DNA of 64,000 bases from an uncultured delta proteobacterium (lineage in GTDB: Bacteria > Desulfobacterota > Binatia > Binatales > Binataceae): the NCBI GenBank assembly GCA_963711565.1, contig CAVQEQ010000003.1, positions 1,440,001-1,504,000 of the forward strand. Reading direction: 5' to 3'. A program made the translations under genes and the position numbers. Position 1 is the first letter of the stretch. Every line of letters begins with the position of its first letter. The notes under the pieces are model-generated. The model worked only from the letters and a program-made list of their open reading frames with translations. It was not told the origin of the DNA and did no database searches. Below, one piece after another: positions 29,299 to 38,921 of the stretch.

Positions 29299-30955
29299 CG
29301 CCGCGCGGTCCACGGGCCGGATAAGACTGCCGCTCATCCTGGCGGCCGCCGCGATTGCGTGGTTCGCGCGCCCCGCTTTCGCTTCGACCTACGCGGCGTA
29401 CATCCCGCTCGACAGCTCGATCTATGACGAGCTCGACACGCTCGACGACTTGGGATTGGCCGACAGCTACATTTCGGAAATCCAGCCGATCAGCCGCGTC
29501 GAGGCCGCGCGCATCACGGTCGAAGCGGAATCGAAGCTGTCCGAAATGCAGAATCAGAATGAACTCGCGCGCAGCGTCATCAACGAGCTGCGGCTCCAGT
29601 TGCCCGAAGAAGTGCAATGGATCGAGCAGGACGGCGAAGACAACCTGCCCACGATGTTCCATCCTGTCGATCGCGTCGAAGGCGAGTACGTTTTTTCTCA
29701 AGGCAAGCGCGAGCAGCTGGAAACCGGATCGAAGGGAATCGACTACCAGGAAGGAACCCCGCTGCTGCCGAACAACGACGACCTCGCCACCGACCAGGGC
29801 AGCAATGAAATCCTGCGATGGTCCGGATGGGGCGGATTCGGCGGATTCGTCACCGGCTATGGTGAAGGCGCGCTCTCCGGCCCGTTAACCGACAGTCCGA
29901 GCCAGGCAAGCCGCGCGCAACTTTTGACCGGCGCGGTCGTGGTCAGTCTCGGCAACACCGCGATCTCTTTCGGGCAGGAGGAGATGTCGTGGGGCGTCTC
30001 GCATTACAACCAGCTCTCGCAGTCTAACAACGCGCAGCCTTTCCCAGCCTTACGCATCCAGAATATCCACCCGGGCCATCTGCCCGGCGTCCTGCGTTAC
30101 CTCGGGCTGTATCGCTACCAGGCTTTTCTCGGGCAGCTCAACGCGGGACGAACATACTCGAAGCCGTGGATCTCCGGCCAGGTGATCACGTTCAGGACGC
30201 TGCCGCACCTCGAGTGGGGCATCGATCACACGATCATGTTCGGCGGCAGTGGCAACGACAACTACAGTCCGCTGGGATTCGTTGGCAGGATGACCGGCTT
30301 GGACACGGGCAACGCGAATCAGGCCAACACCAACACGCGCTTCGGCCTGTTCGCCAAGACTTACATTTCGCGGCTCCGCAACACGCAGTTGTACGGCGAG
30401 GTTCTGGCCGAGGACTTTTTCCAGTTGGGCGGCAACACCGGGATCAAGCTGCCGTTCAAGGGACCGTCGTACACCGCCGGAATCTACGTGCCGCAGATCA
30501 CTCTCGATGGGCGCACCACTGCGCGATTCGAATACGCACTCACCGACAAAGAGTATTCGGTGCACAGCGATTCGCTTTATTGGACCTACAACAACGCGCT
30601 GATGGGCAGTTCGCTCGGACCTGGTGCGTGGCAGGTCAATTTCGAGATCGATCGATGGCTCAATCTGCAGTCGCGCGTGGGCGTGGACACCTTCTACAGT
30701 CGTCGTCAGGCAATCATTTTGCCAACCTTCCAGCCGGCCCTGCGTAACACCGAGACCGGCTATGGTGTCGCCCTGGACTTACTGCGCCTGCCGCTTGAAA
30801 TCGAGCCGCTGGCAAATTCGCTCGGCGAGATGAAGGCGCGCGCGGGCATGGAATACGTCACCGATATCAACTACACCAACGACAACTCTTTCCGCGCCCT
30901 GGTCCAACTCAGTTTCGCGTTCTCGCCCTCATGGGGCGGCCTCGTCTGGCATTAG
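29285..30955 (+). CDS. wzi: Capsule assembly Wzi-family outer-membrane protein
   Basis: YIPLDSSIYDELDTL N-terminus, WG...LSQSNNAQPFP motif and beta-barrel character; located between the OPX and Wzz genes. Confidence 0.78.
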   Translation: MAHANAARSTGRIRLPLILAAAAIAWFARPAFASTYAAYIPLDSSIYDELDTLDDLGLADSYISEIQPISRVEAARITVEAESKLSEMQNQNELARSVINELRLQLPEEVQWIEQDGEDNLPTMFHPVDRVEGEYVFSQGKREQLETGSKGIDYQEGTPLLPNNDDLATDQGSNEILRWSGWGGFGGFVTGYGEGALSGPLTDSPSQASRAQLLTGAVVVSLGNTAISFGQEEMSWGVSHYNQLSQSNNAQPFPALRIQNIHPGHLPGVLRYLGLYRYQAFLGQLNAGRTYSKPWISGQVITFRTLPHLEWGIDHTIMFGGSGNDNYSPLGFVGRMTGLDTGNANQANTNTRFGLFAKTYISRLRNTQLYGEVLAEDFFQLGGNTGIKLPFKGPSYTAGIYVPQITLDGRTTARFEYALTDKEYSVHSDSLYWTYNNALMGSSLGPGAWQVNFEIDRWLNLQSRVGVDTFYSRRQAIILPTFQPALRNTETGYGVALDLLRLPLEIEPLANSLGEMKARAGMEYVTDINYTNDNSFRALVQLSFAFSPSWGGLVWH

Positions 30956-30982
30956 ACGGAAACGTCAGTCTTCGGCAATTCG

Positions 30983-32035
30983 ATGGATCCCTCAGGCAGC
31001 AACGGACATTCGACTCCGTCGGCGGGCGTCAACGCTGCCGCCGCCGGCGCGCGCGATCATCTCACTGAAGCGCAGCGCGCAACGCTGCAGCTGCTCTACT
31101 ATATCGATCTGCTGCGCTCGCGATGGCTCCTGATCGCGTCCCTCACGATCGGGATCGGCCTGGGCTACGGTCTGTACACGAAATTCCTGACGGTGAAATG
31201 GTATCGTGCGCAGGCCATCGTCACGCCGGTGTCACCCGAAGAGGGCCTTTCGATGGGCACGGGCGGCCCCAGCGACATGGTTGACGGATTGGGCGGAGGA
31301 ATCGCGTCGATCCTTGAAGGCGGCGGCGCCGACACGGTAACGCTTGCCCAGCGCTACACGGCGATCATGAACAGCTACGCCTTCACGACCGGTCTCGTCG
31401 AAAAATATCATCTCGAGCACAACATCATCGGCGTCCGCAGCCCGAAGGCGCCGACTGTGACGAAGTGGTCGGTGCACACGATGATCGCGGATCGGTTCAG
31501 CACCGAATACGACTACAAGAGCGGCAACCTTACCCTGTATTTTCTGGATCCCTCGCCGGCCGAGGCGCAGCGCGTGCTCGGATATTACCTCGACAGCCTG
31601 CGCGACAAGCTGCGTAACGAGGAAGTGGAAGCGGGCGCCAGCGCGGCTGCGTCGCTCGAAGAGGAGGTCCGCAAAAGTTCCGACGCACTGCTGCAGACTC
31701 AGCTCTACGAGCTGATGGCGCGGCAGATTCAGCGCGAGAAAATCGCGGAGGTGCAATCCGACTTTGCCTTCAAGGTCGTCGAGCCTCCGGTGGTGCCCGA
31801 CAATTATTTCGCACCCAAAGCGCGGCACAACGCGACGATCGCCGCCTCGATCACCTTCGTCCTCGTGTGCACGTGGATTCTCGCGACGGATTTCATTCGC
31901 CGCGCCAAAGCCCAGTTTGCAGCCATGAATCCGGCGCCGGCCGAGCCGGCGGCTGACGATTCGTCGTCGCCACACCCCGACGAAGGCGAGGAAATCCATC
32001 CTCGCTTCGTTCGCAATCTCCGCCCCAAAGCCTGA
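30983..32035 (+). CDS. Wzz-like polysaccharide co-polymerase (no kinase domain)
   Basis: Two TM helices flanking a coiled-coil periplasmic region; YRAQAIV and FKVVEPPVVP...PK motifs. Confidence 0.8.
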   Translation: MDPSGSNGHSTPSAGVNAAAAGARDHLTEAQRATLQLLYYIDLLRSRWLLIASLTIGIGLGYGLYTKFLTVKWYRAQAIVTPVSPEEGLSMGTGGPSDMVDGLGGGIASILEGGGADTVTLAQRYTAIMNSYAFTTGLVEKYHLEHNIIGVRSPKAPTVTKWSVHTMIADRFSTEYDYKSGNLTLYFLDPSPAEAQRVLGYYLDSLRDKLRNEEVEAGASAAASLEEEVRKSSDALLQTQLYELMARQIQREKIAEVQSDFAFKVVEPPVVPDNYFAPKARHNATIAASITFVLVCTWILATDFIRRAKAQFAAMNPAPAEPAADDSSSPHPDEGEEIHPRFVRNLRPKA

Positions 32036-32068
32036 CTTCGCATCGCGCGCAATCAACATCAAATCGAG

Positions 32069-33241
32069 ATGCCGCTGGCTAGACAGCAAGCGCTCGCGGC
32101 CCACGCGATCCGCGCCGTTGCCAACACGATCCTCCAGGGAGCGGCACGAAGCGCATGGCCGCGGGGGCGACCGCTCGAGGCGGACCGCGTCTGTATCTAC
32201 CGGATCGGAAATATCGGCGACGCCACCTGCGCGATCCCCGCGATGCATGCGATTCGGCGCGCCTACCCCGCCGCGCATCTGACGCTGGTGACGTCACCGG
32301 GCAAGGCGGGCTTAGTCGGCGCGCGCGAGCTGCTAGACGGCGTGAGCTGGCTCGATGAGATCGTCGTCTATCACGCCGAAGATATCGCGACCGCGCGGGG
32401 CCGGCTCGAGCTGGTGCGCAACCTGCGCGCGCGCAAGTTCGATGTATGGATCGAGTTGCCGGTCGTCGCGGCTCCGCTGGCAACGTTATTCCGTAATCTG
32501 CTTGTGGCGCGTTCGGCGGGCGTTCGATGGGGATTCGGGTGGCGCTACGAACCCCGGTTTGCGGCGCGGTCGCAAACTCTGTTCAACGATTTCCCCGACG
32601 AGGTGGAGCGATTGCTCGCGATCGTACGGGCCGCAGGATTCGCGGCTGACGATGCCGAATTTCCGCTTGAGCTCGACGACTCGAATCGGCGAACCGTGAC
32701 CGCGTTGCTCGATGAAGCGGGCATGGCCGAACCGATGATCGCGTTCGCGCCCGGAGCGAAGCTGGAACCGAATCGATGGCCCGTCGATCGGTTTATCGAG
32801 GTTGGGAAAAGCCTGGCGGCGCGCGGCTACGCGATCGTCGTGCTCGGCGGCTCGTCCGAAGCCGCGATGTGCGAGCGGATCGCAAAGGCGATCGGCCGCA
32901 ACTGCGCGAGCCTCGCGGGCAAAACCACGGTGCGCGATTCATGCGAAGTGCTCACGCGCTGCACGATGCTGGTGTGCAACGACTCCGGCGTGCAGCATCT
33001 TGCCGCCGCCGTCGGCACGCCGTGCGTCTCACTCTTCACCCGCCGCGAATTCCCCGGCATGTGGTGGCCGCACGGTCCGCAGCACGAAGTGCTGTTGAAG
33101 GACGTTGAGTGCCACACCTGCTTTCTCGATTCGTGCCCGTACGACAACAAATGCATCAAGGCGATCGGCGTCGATGAAGTATTCGCGGCGGCCGGGCGCG
33201 TCCTCGCGCGCCAACCCAGTTCGAAACCGCAGGTCGCGTGA
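32069..33241 (+). CDS. GT9-family (heptosyltransferase-like) glycosyltransferase
   Basis: GNIGDA, FAPGA...RWP, CNDSGVQHLAAAVGTP. Confidence 0.9.
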   Translation: MPLARQQALAAHAIRAVANTILQGAARSAWPRGRPLEADRVCIYRIGNIGDATCAIPAMHAIRRAYPAAHLTLVTSPGKAGLVGARELLDGVSWLDEIVVYHAEDIATARGRLELVRNLRARKFDVWIELPVVAAPLATLFRNLLVARSAGVRWGFGWRYEPRFAARSQTLFNDFPDEVERLLAIVRAAGFAADDAEFPLELDDSNRRTVTALLDEAGMAEPMIAFAPGAKLEPNRWPVDRFIEVGKSLAARGYAIVVLGGSSEAAMCERIAKAIGRNCASLAGKTTVRDSCEVLTRCTMLVCNDSGVQHLAAAVGTPCVSLFTRREFPGMWWPHGPQHEVLLKDVECHTCFLDSCPYDNKCIKAIGVDEVFAAAGRVLARQPSSKPQVA

Positions 33242-34461
33242 GGATGGACGGCAGCTACCGCGTCGCGTGCCTGGTCAGTCATCCGATCCAGTACCAGGCG
33301 CCGCTGTTCCGTTATCTTGCGGCGCATCCGGGAATCGATCTGACCGTTTTTTTCCTGAGCGACCTGTCGATCTACGCGTATCACGATTCGGGTTTTGGCG
33401 TGGACGTAAAGTGGGACGTGCCGCTGCTCGACGGCTACCGCCATGATTTTTTGCCGCGCATCGGCTCCGGGAGCGGGCTATCTTTCTGGCGGCCGTGGAC
33501 GTTCGGGCTGCGCACGCGACTGCGGCGCGGCCGCTTCGACGCGTTGTGGGTCCACGGCTATGCGCATCGCGGATGCCTCGCGGGTATCGCGGCGGCGAAG
33601 TCGCTTGGAATGCAAGTAATGCTGCGCGGGGAATCCAACCTGCCGAGCGAGACCGATGACGCGCTGAAGCTGGGCGTCAAGCGAGTCGCGATGCCCGCGC
33701 TGCTGCGGACGATTGACGGCGTGCTCGCGATCGGGCGGCTCAATCGCGAGTACTATCTTCATTACGGGGTCGAAGCCGGCCGGATTTTCCCGATGCCCTA
33801 CGCAGTGGACAACGAATTTTTTCGCTGTGCAGCGGAGCGCGCGCGGCCGCAGCGCGAAGAGTTGCGTGCGGAGCTTGGATTGAAGCCGGGACGCGCGGTG
33901 ATCCTGTTCGCCTCGAAGATGCAGCCGCACAAGCGCGCCGCCGACCTGCTCGAAGCCTACGCGCGACTGTCACCCAACGGCGTTGCCGAACCCGCGCCGT
34001 ACCTGGTCTTCGCCGGCGACGGCGAGGAGCGGGTTAATCTCGAACGCCGCGCGCGCGAACTGAAATGGGACTCGGTCCGCTTCATTGGCTTTCGCAACCA
34101 GTCCGAACTTCCGGCCCTGTACGATTTATGCGACGTGTTCGTGCTGCCCTCCGAGCACGAGCCGTGGGGACTCGTCGTCAACGAAGCGATGAACGCGGGC
34201 AAGCCGTTGGTCGTGAGCGATCGCGTAGGCGCGGGGCCGGATTTGATCGAGGACGGCGTCAGCGGATTCATATATCCGGTACGTGACATCGCATCGCTCG
34301 CGGATCGGCTGCGGCGGCTAATCGACAGCCCCGAGCATCGCATCGCGATGGGCGAGCGCTCGCTCGAAAAGGTGGCGCGCCTTGATTTCGCAGCGGATAG
34401 TCAGGGCCTGCTCAGCGCGCTCGATTCCATTGTCGGCAAGAAAGCGCGCGCCGCGGCGTGA
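33238..34461 (+). CDS. GT4 glycosyltransferase
   Basis: SHPIQYQAPLFR and FVLPSEHEPWGLVVNEAM. Confidence 0.92.
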   Translation: MRMDGSYRVACLVSHPIQYQAPLFRYLAAHPGIDLTVFFLSDLSIYAYHDSGFGVDVKWDVPLLDGYRHDFLPRIGSGSGLSFWRPWTFGLRTRLRRGRFDALWVHGYAHRGCLAGIAAAKSLGMQVMLRGESNLPSETDDALKLGVKRVAMPALLRTIDGVLAIGRLNREYYLHYGVEAGRIFPMPYAVDNEFFRCAAERARPQREELRAELGLKPGRAVILFASKMQPHKRAADLLEAYARLSPNGVAEPAPYLVFAGDGEERVNLERRARELKWDSVRFIGFRNQSELPALYDLCDVFVLPSEHEPWGLVVNEAMNAGKPLVVSDRVGAGPDLIEDGVSGFIYPVRDIASLADRLRRLIDSPEHRIAMGERSLEKVARLDFAADSQGLLSALDSIVGKKARAAA

Positions 34462-34466
34462 AGTGA

Positions 34467-35828
34467 TTGACGCCGCACTCAATGAAGACTTTGCACCTTC
34501 CGTTCTGCTTCTATCCTGATCCGGTTGGTGGCACCGAGATTTACGTCGAAGCTCTCGCCGTCTGCCTGCGCAAGTTGGACGTTGAGGCGGAAGTCGCGGT
34601 ACCCGCCACTGACCAGCGTTCATATCGATACAACGACCTGACGGTGCATCGATTCGAGACCGGGACTCCCAGCTTGGCCGACTTATACGGCCCTGGCGAT
34701 CCGGTTGCGGCACGGTCGTTTGCAAAGGTCCTCGAGTCCTGCGCACCCGACGTGGTGCACCTGCATTCCTGGACCACCGGGGTATCACTCAGGCTGCTGC
34801 GCACCGTCAAAGCAGCGGGCATCCCGGTCGTGTTCACCTATCACACGCCCACCGTCACTTGCGCCCGCGGAACTCTGTTGCGATGGGGCAGCGAGCAATG
34901 CGATGGCGACCTCAAGTCGGCGCCATGTGCCGCTTGCATGCTTAACGGCAAAGGACTTAGTCGCGCACTCAGCACCGCGTTGGCCAGTATTCCTGTCGCC
35001 GTAGGCAAGCGCGTCGGCGAGCTCAGGCTGAATGGAAAACTAATGACCGCGGTCCGCGCGTCGGAGCTGATACAACTACACCACGACGCCGTGAAGGGTC
35101 TGTTCGCGGAAGCTGACGCAATCGTCGCGGTCAGCAACTGGGTTTACGATTTGATCGTGCGAAACGGTACGGACAAGTCCAAGCTGACGATCTCGCGTCA
35201 TGCGCTGCGCGACTCGGCTGAGTTGAATCATCCGGCCCAACCTCGAAGGGCTGATGAGGACATCCGCATCGCCTTCGTGGGGAGGCTGGCGCGCGAAAAA
35301 GGCATCGACATTCTCCTCGAGGCGATGCGGCGAATCACCAGCCCCCGCCTCAAGCTTGATATATTCGGCCTGGCAGTTGACAGCGAAGCGGAATCCCTCA
35401 AGCAGAGCGTGGTGAACGCCGGCGATCGACGCATCCGGCTGCTTCCGCCATTTCCCAACGCGAATGCGATTTCCGAACTTGGCGCGTACGATTGTCTCGC
35501 CGTCCCTTCGCAGTGGTTAGAGACGGGTCCGCTGGTAGTGCTGGAGGCATTCGCCGCGGGTATTCCGATCGTCGGCTCGAATTTAGGTGGAATCGCGGAG
35601 CTGGTGGAGGACGAGAAAAACGGATTGCTGGTCGAGCCTGCTTCGATCGAGGCCTGGGTCACGGCGTTCAATCGATTGCTCACGGAACCAGGGCTGTTGT
35701 CCCGGCTTCGACTTGGTATCCCGAAGGTTCGAACGATGGATCAAGTCGCGGTCGAGATGTTAGCCCTGTACCGCCGGCTTGCGCCGTCGGTTCTGCCGTT
35801 CACCGCGCTGGAAGAACGCCCGCAATGA
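34467..35828 (+). CDS. GT4 glycosyltransferase
   Basis: GGTEIY and PSQWLETGPLVVLEAFAAG; ends in the same EERPQ junction as the GT2 array. Confidence 0.92.
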   Translation: MTPHSMKTLHLPFCFYPDPVGGTEIYVEALAVCLRKLDVEAEVAVPATDQRSYRYNDLTVHRFETGTPSLADLYGPGDPVAARSFAKVLESCAPDVVHLHSWTTGVSLRLLRTVKAAGIPVVFTYHTPTVTCARGTLLRWGSEQCDGDLKSAPCAACMLNGKGLSRALSTALASIPVAVGKRVGELRLNGKLMTAVRASELIQLHHDAVKGLFAEADAIVAVSNWVYDLIVRNGTDKSKLTISRHALRDSAELNHPAQPRRADEDIRIAFVGRLAREKGIDILLEAMRRITSPRLKLDIFGLAVDSEAESLKQSVVNAGDRRIRLLPPFPNANAISELGAYDCLAVPSQWLETGPLVVLEAFAAGIPIVGSNLGGIAELVEDEKNGLLVEPASIEAWVTAFNRLLTEPGLLSRLRLGIPKVRTMDQVAVEMLALYRRLAPSVLPFTALEERPQ

Positions 35829-36856
35829 AAGTGTCAGTCGTGATCCCGACCTATAACGACGAAGGCACGATTGCGGCCACGGTCGGGAGCGCGCTGGCGC
35901 AGCGGTTCGACGGCGAGTTCGAGGTGATCGTCGTCAACGACGGATCGACCGACGGCACGCGCGCGGAACTCGCAAAGTTCGGCGATCGGATCCGGGTGAT
36001 CGATCAAGCGAACCGGGGCGTGTCGGCGGCACGCAACGCCGGCATCCAGGCGGCGGCGGGAGAATACATCGCGCTGCTGGACGGCGACGACACCTGGATG
36101 GAGGACAAGCTCGCGAAGACGGTGCCGGTCCTCGATAAAAATCCGGCGTGCGTGGCAGTGGCTTCGAACGTGATCGGCGTGGACGGCGCCGGCAGGGAAG
36201 TTTCGTATCCCGTCACTCCCGAATTCCGTCATTCGCCGACGCTCGACGAGATGCTCGACAAGTTGTGGGCGTACCTGCCCAGCGCGGTCGTCATACGACG
36301 GGAAACGCTGCAGGCGATCGGCGGCTTCTCGGAAGAATTCAAACCGGAGCATTACGCCTGCGAAGATACGTTCATCATGCTGCTGGTGCGCGAGCGCGGC
36401 GAGATCACCTACGTGCCTGATGTGCTGGTCCGGTACCGTTGCAGAGAATTCCACGCGCGCCTCGCCAATCGGCTGCGCAGCCGGCGTTTCGAGATCGATT
36501 CAGAGGATGCATTTCGCGAGTTCGAGCGCCGATACGAGGCCAATATTATTCTCGCGCGGCTGACGCGCGAGCATTTCGGCGCTCGTGGCCGCAAAATTGC
36601 CGCATTATCGATCGATAGCGTCGCCCGCGAGCTGGTCGGAGTCGGCTTGATGGCGATGCACCAGGGCGATCGCACGCTGGCGCAGCGAAGCTATCGCGCA
36701 TCGATTCGCTACAGCCCCCTGATGTTGAAAACCTGGTTGCGGCTCGGGTGGGCGATGCTTCCCGCCACAGCTGCGCGAACGCTCTCACCGATGTTTCCAC
36801 CGGGGTTGCGGCGCAGCCTCTCGGGTCCTCCAGTTATGGAGGAACGCCCGCAATGA
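35825..36856 (+). CDS. GT2 glycosyltransferase, tandem copy 1
   Basis: MKVSVVIPTYN, VNDGSTD, ARNAG, LDGDD; ATGA overlap. Confidence 0.93.
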   Translation: MKVSVVIPTYNDEGTIAATVGSALAQRFDGEFEVIVVNDGSTDGTRAELAKFGDRIRVIDQANRGVSAARNAGIQAAAGEYIALLDGDDTWMEDKLAKTVPVLDKNPACVAVASNVIGVDGAGREVSYPVTPEFRHSPTLDEMLDKLWAYLPSAVVIRRETLQAIGGFSEEFKPEHYACEDTFIMLLVRERGEITYVPDVLVRYRCREFHARLANRLRSRRFEIDSEDAFREFERRYEANIILARLTREHFGARGRKIAALSIDSVARELVGVGLMAMHQGDRTLAQRSYRASIRYSPLMLKTWLRLGWAMLPATAARTLSPMFPPGLRRSLSGPPVMEERPQ

Positions 36857-37896
36857 AAGTGTCGGCCGTGATCCCGGTCTACAACGCCCAGGGCACGATT
36901 GCGGCCGCAGTAGAGAGCGCGCTCGCGCAGCGGTTTGATGGCGGCTTAGAGGTTATCGTCGTCAACGACGGATCGACAGACGGCACGCCCGCGGTGCTGG
37001 AAAAATTCGGCGCTCGCATTGCCGTGATCGATCAGCCGCGGCAGGGCGTGTCCGCCGCGCGCAATGCCGGTATCAAGGCGGCGGCGGGCGAATATGTAGC
37101 GCTGCTGGACGCCGATGACGAGTGGACGGAGGACAAGCTCGCAAAGACGGCGCAGGTGCTCGAGCAGAACCCCTCGTGCGTCGCTGTATTCTCGGATGCG
37201 AGCGTCGTAAAAGTCCAGGGCAGGATCCTTCCGGCGAAGTATATCGGGAGTGGGTACGATCATTCGCCGACGCTCGACGAGCTGCTCAAGCCGGCGTCGT
37301 GGCCGATCCTGCCCAGCGCGACCGTGGCTCGGCGAAAGACGTTGCTTGAGATTGGAGGGTTTTCCGAGGAATTTGGAGCGGGCGACTATTACGGCGAAGA
37401 CACATTCGCGTTCTTGCTGGTGCGCGAGCGTGGCGAGATAGTCTTTGTGCCGGAGAACCTGGTGCGATACCGAATGCCGGAGTCGGAGGGAAAGCTTTCC
37501 AAGCGCATCGGCCCGCCCAATTCCAATGGCGGCCGGAATTTGCGCGGCCTCCGGGAAGATCCTCATCGGTACTTCAGAGGAAACCAGGTCTTTGCGCGGC
37601 TCATGCGCGAACGATTCGGCAATCGCGGACGCGGGCTGGCAAACGCCGCCGCCGGCGCGGCTGCGCATGGATTGGTGACGCTCGGCTTGATGGCGATGCA
37701 CGAGGACGATCGCGCGTACGCGCGGCGATGTTACCGCGCCTCGATTAGCTACAGTCCGCTGACGTTGAAAACCTGGTTCCGGCTCGGGTGGGCGATGCTT
37801 CCCGGCAAAGCTGCGCGAGTGCTGTCGCCGATTTTTCCGCCGGGCTTACGGAGGAGCTTGTCAGGTCCGCCGTTTTTGGAGGAACGCGCGCAGTGA
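36853..37896 (+). CDS. GT2 glycosyltransferase, tandem copy 2 (most divergent)
   Basis: MKVSAVIPVYN, NDGSTD, LDADD, GED. Confidence 0.93.
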   Translation: MKVSAVIPVYNAQGTIAAAVESALAQRFDGGLEVIVVNDGSTDGTPAVLEKFGARIAVIDQPRQGVSAARNAGIKAAAGEYVALLDADDEWTEDKLAKTAQVLEQNPSCVAVFSDASVVKVQGRILPAKYIGSGYDHSPTLDELLKPASWPILPSATVARRKTLLEIGGFSEEFGAGDYYGEDTFAFLLVRERGEIVFVPENLVRYRMPESEGKLSKRIGPPNSNGGRNLRGLREDPHRYFRGNQVFARLMRERFGNRGRGLANAAAGAAAHGLVTLGLMAMHEDDRAYARRCYRASISYSPLTLKTWFRLGWAMLPGKAARVLSPIFPPGLRRSLSGPPFLEERAQ

Positions 37897-38921
37897 AAGT
37901 GTCGGTCGTGATTCCGACCTATAACGACGAAGGCACGATTGCGGCCACGGTCGAGAGCGCGCTGGCACAGCGGTTCGAAGGCGAGTTCGAGGTGATCGTC
38001 GTCAACGACGGATCGACTGATGGCACGCGCGCGGAACTCGCGAAATTCGGCGATCGAATCCGGGTAATCGATCAGGAGAATGGTGGCGTATCGGTAGCGC
38101 GCAACGCCGGCATCAGAGCGGCAGCCGGAGAATATATCGCGCTGCTGGACGGCGACGATGCCTGGATGGAGGACAAGCTTAAGAAGACGGTACCGGTACT
38201 CGATAAAAATCCGGCGTGCGTGGCCGTCTTTACGAATGTGATCGGCGTGGACGGCGCGGGCCGGGAGGTTTGGCGCTATGTTTCGCCCGAATTCCAGCAT
38301 TCGCCGACCCTCGATGAGATGCTTGAGTGGCCGTGGCCGATTTTGCCCAGCGCGTTCGTCATACGGCGGGATACGCTGCAGGCGATCGGCGGCTTCTCAG
38401 AAGAATTCAAACCGCAGCATTGGGGCGGAGAAGACAATTTCCTGACGCTGCTGGTGCGGGAGCGCGGCGAAATCGCGTATGTGCCAGAGACGCTGGTCCA
38501 GTACCGCTGCCGGGACTTCCACGCACACTTCGCCAATCGGCTCCGCGGCCGGCGTTTCGAGGATTCAGCCGAGGCATTCCGCGAGTTCGAGCGCCGATTC
38601 GACGGCAGAACTATCCTTGCGCGATTGACGCTCGAGCACTTCGGCGCTCGCGGCCGCAAAATCGCCACATGGGCGATCGATACGGTCGCACGCGATCTGA
38701 TCGGAGTTGGGCTGATGGCGATGCACCAACACGATCGCGCGTTTGCACGGCGGTGCTACCTCGCATCGATTCGCCATCGTCCGCTGACGTTGAAAACCTG
38801 GTTCCGCCTCGGGTGGGCGATGCTTCCTGCCACGGCTGCGCGAACGCTCTCACCGATGTTTCCGCCGGGGTTGCGGCGCAGCCTGTCGGGTCCCCCAGTT
38901 TTGGAGGAACGCCCGCAGTGA
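37893..38921 (+). CDS. GT2 glycosyltransferase, tandem copy 3
   Basis: GTG start in a GTGA overlap; same motifs as copies 1 and 2. Confidence 0.93.
   Translation: MKVSVVIPTYNDEGTIAATVESALAQRFEGEFEVIVVNDGSTDGTRAELAKFGDRIRVIDQENGGVSVARNAGIRAAAGEYIALLDGDDAWMEDKLKKTVPVLDKNPACVAVFTNVIGVDGAGREVWRYVSPEFQHSPTLDEMLEWPWPILPSAFVIRRDTLQAIGGFSEEFKPQHWGGEDNFLTLLVRERGEIAYVPETLVQYRCRDFHAHFANRLRGRRFEDSAEAFREFERRFDGRTILARLTLEHFGARGRKIATWAIDTVARDLIGVGLMAMHQHDRAFARRCYLASIRHRPLTLKTWFRLGWAMLPATAARTLSPMFPPGLRRSLSGPPVLEERPQ

Noticed and set aside
26257-29337. 505-aa and 514-aa minus-strand ORFs
   Set aside because: Antisense shadows of the OPX and SLT genes with no recognisable motifs.
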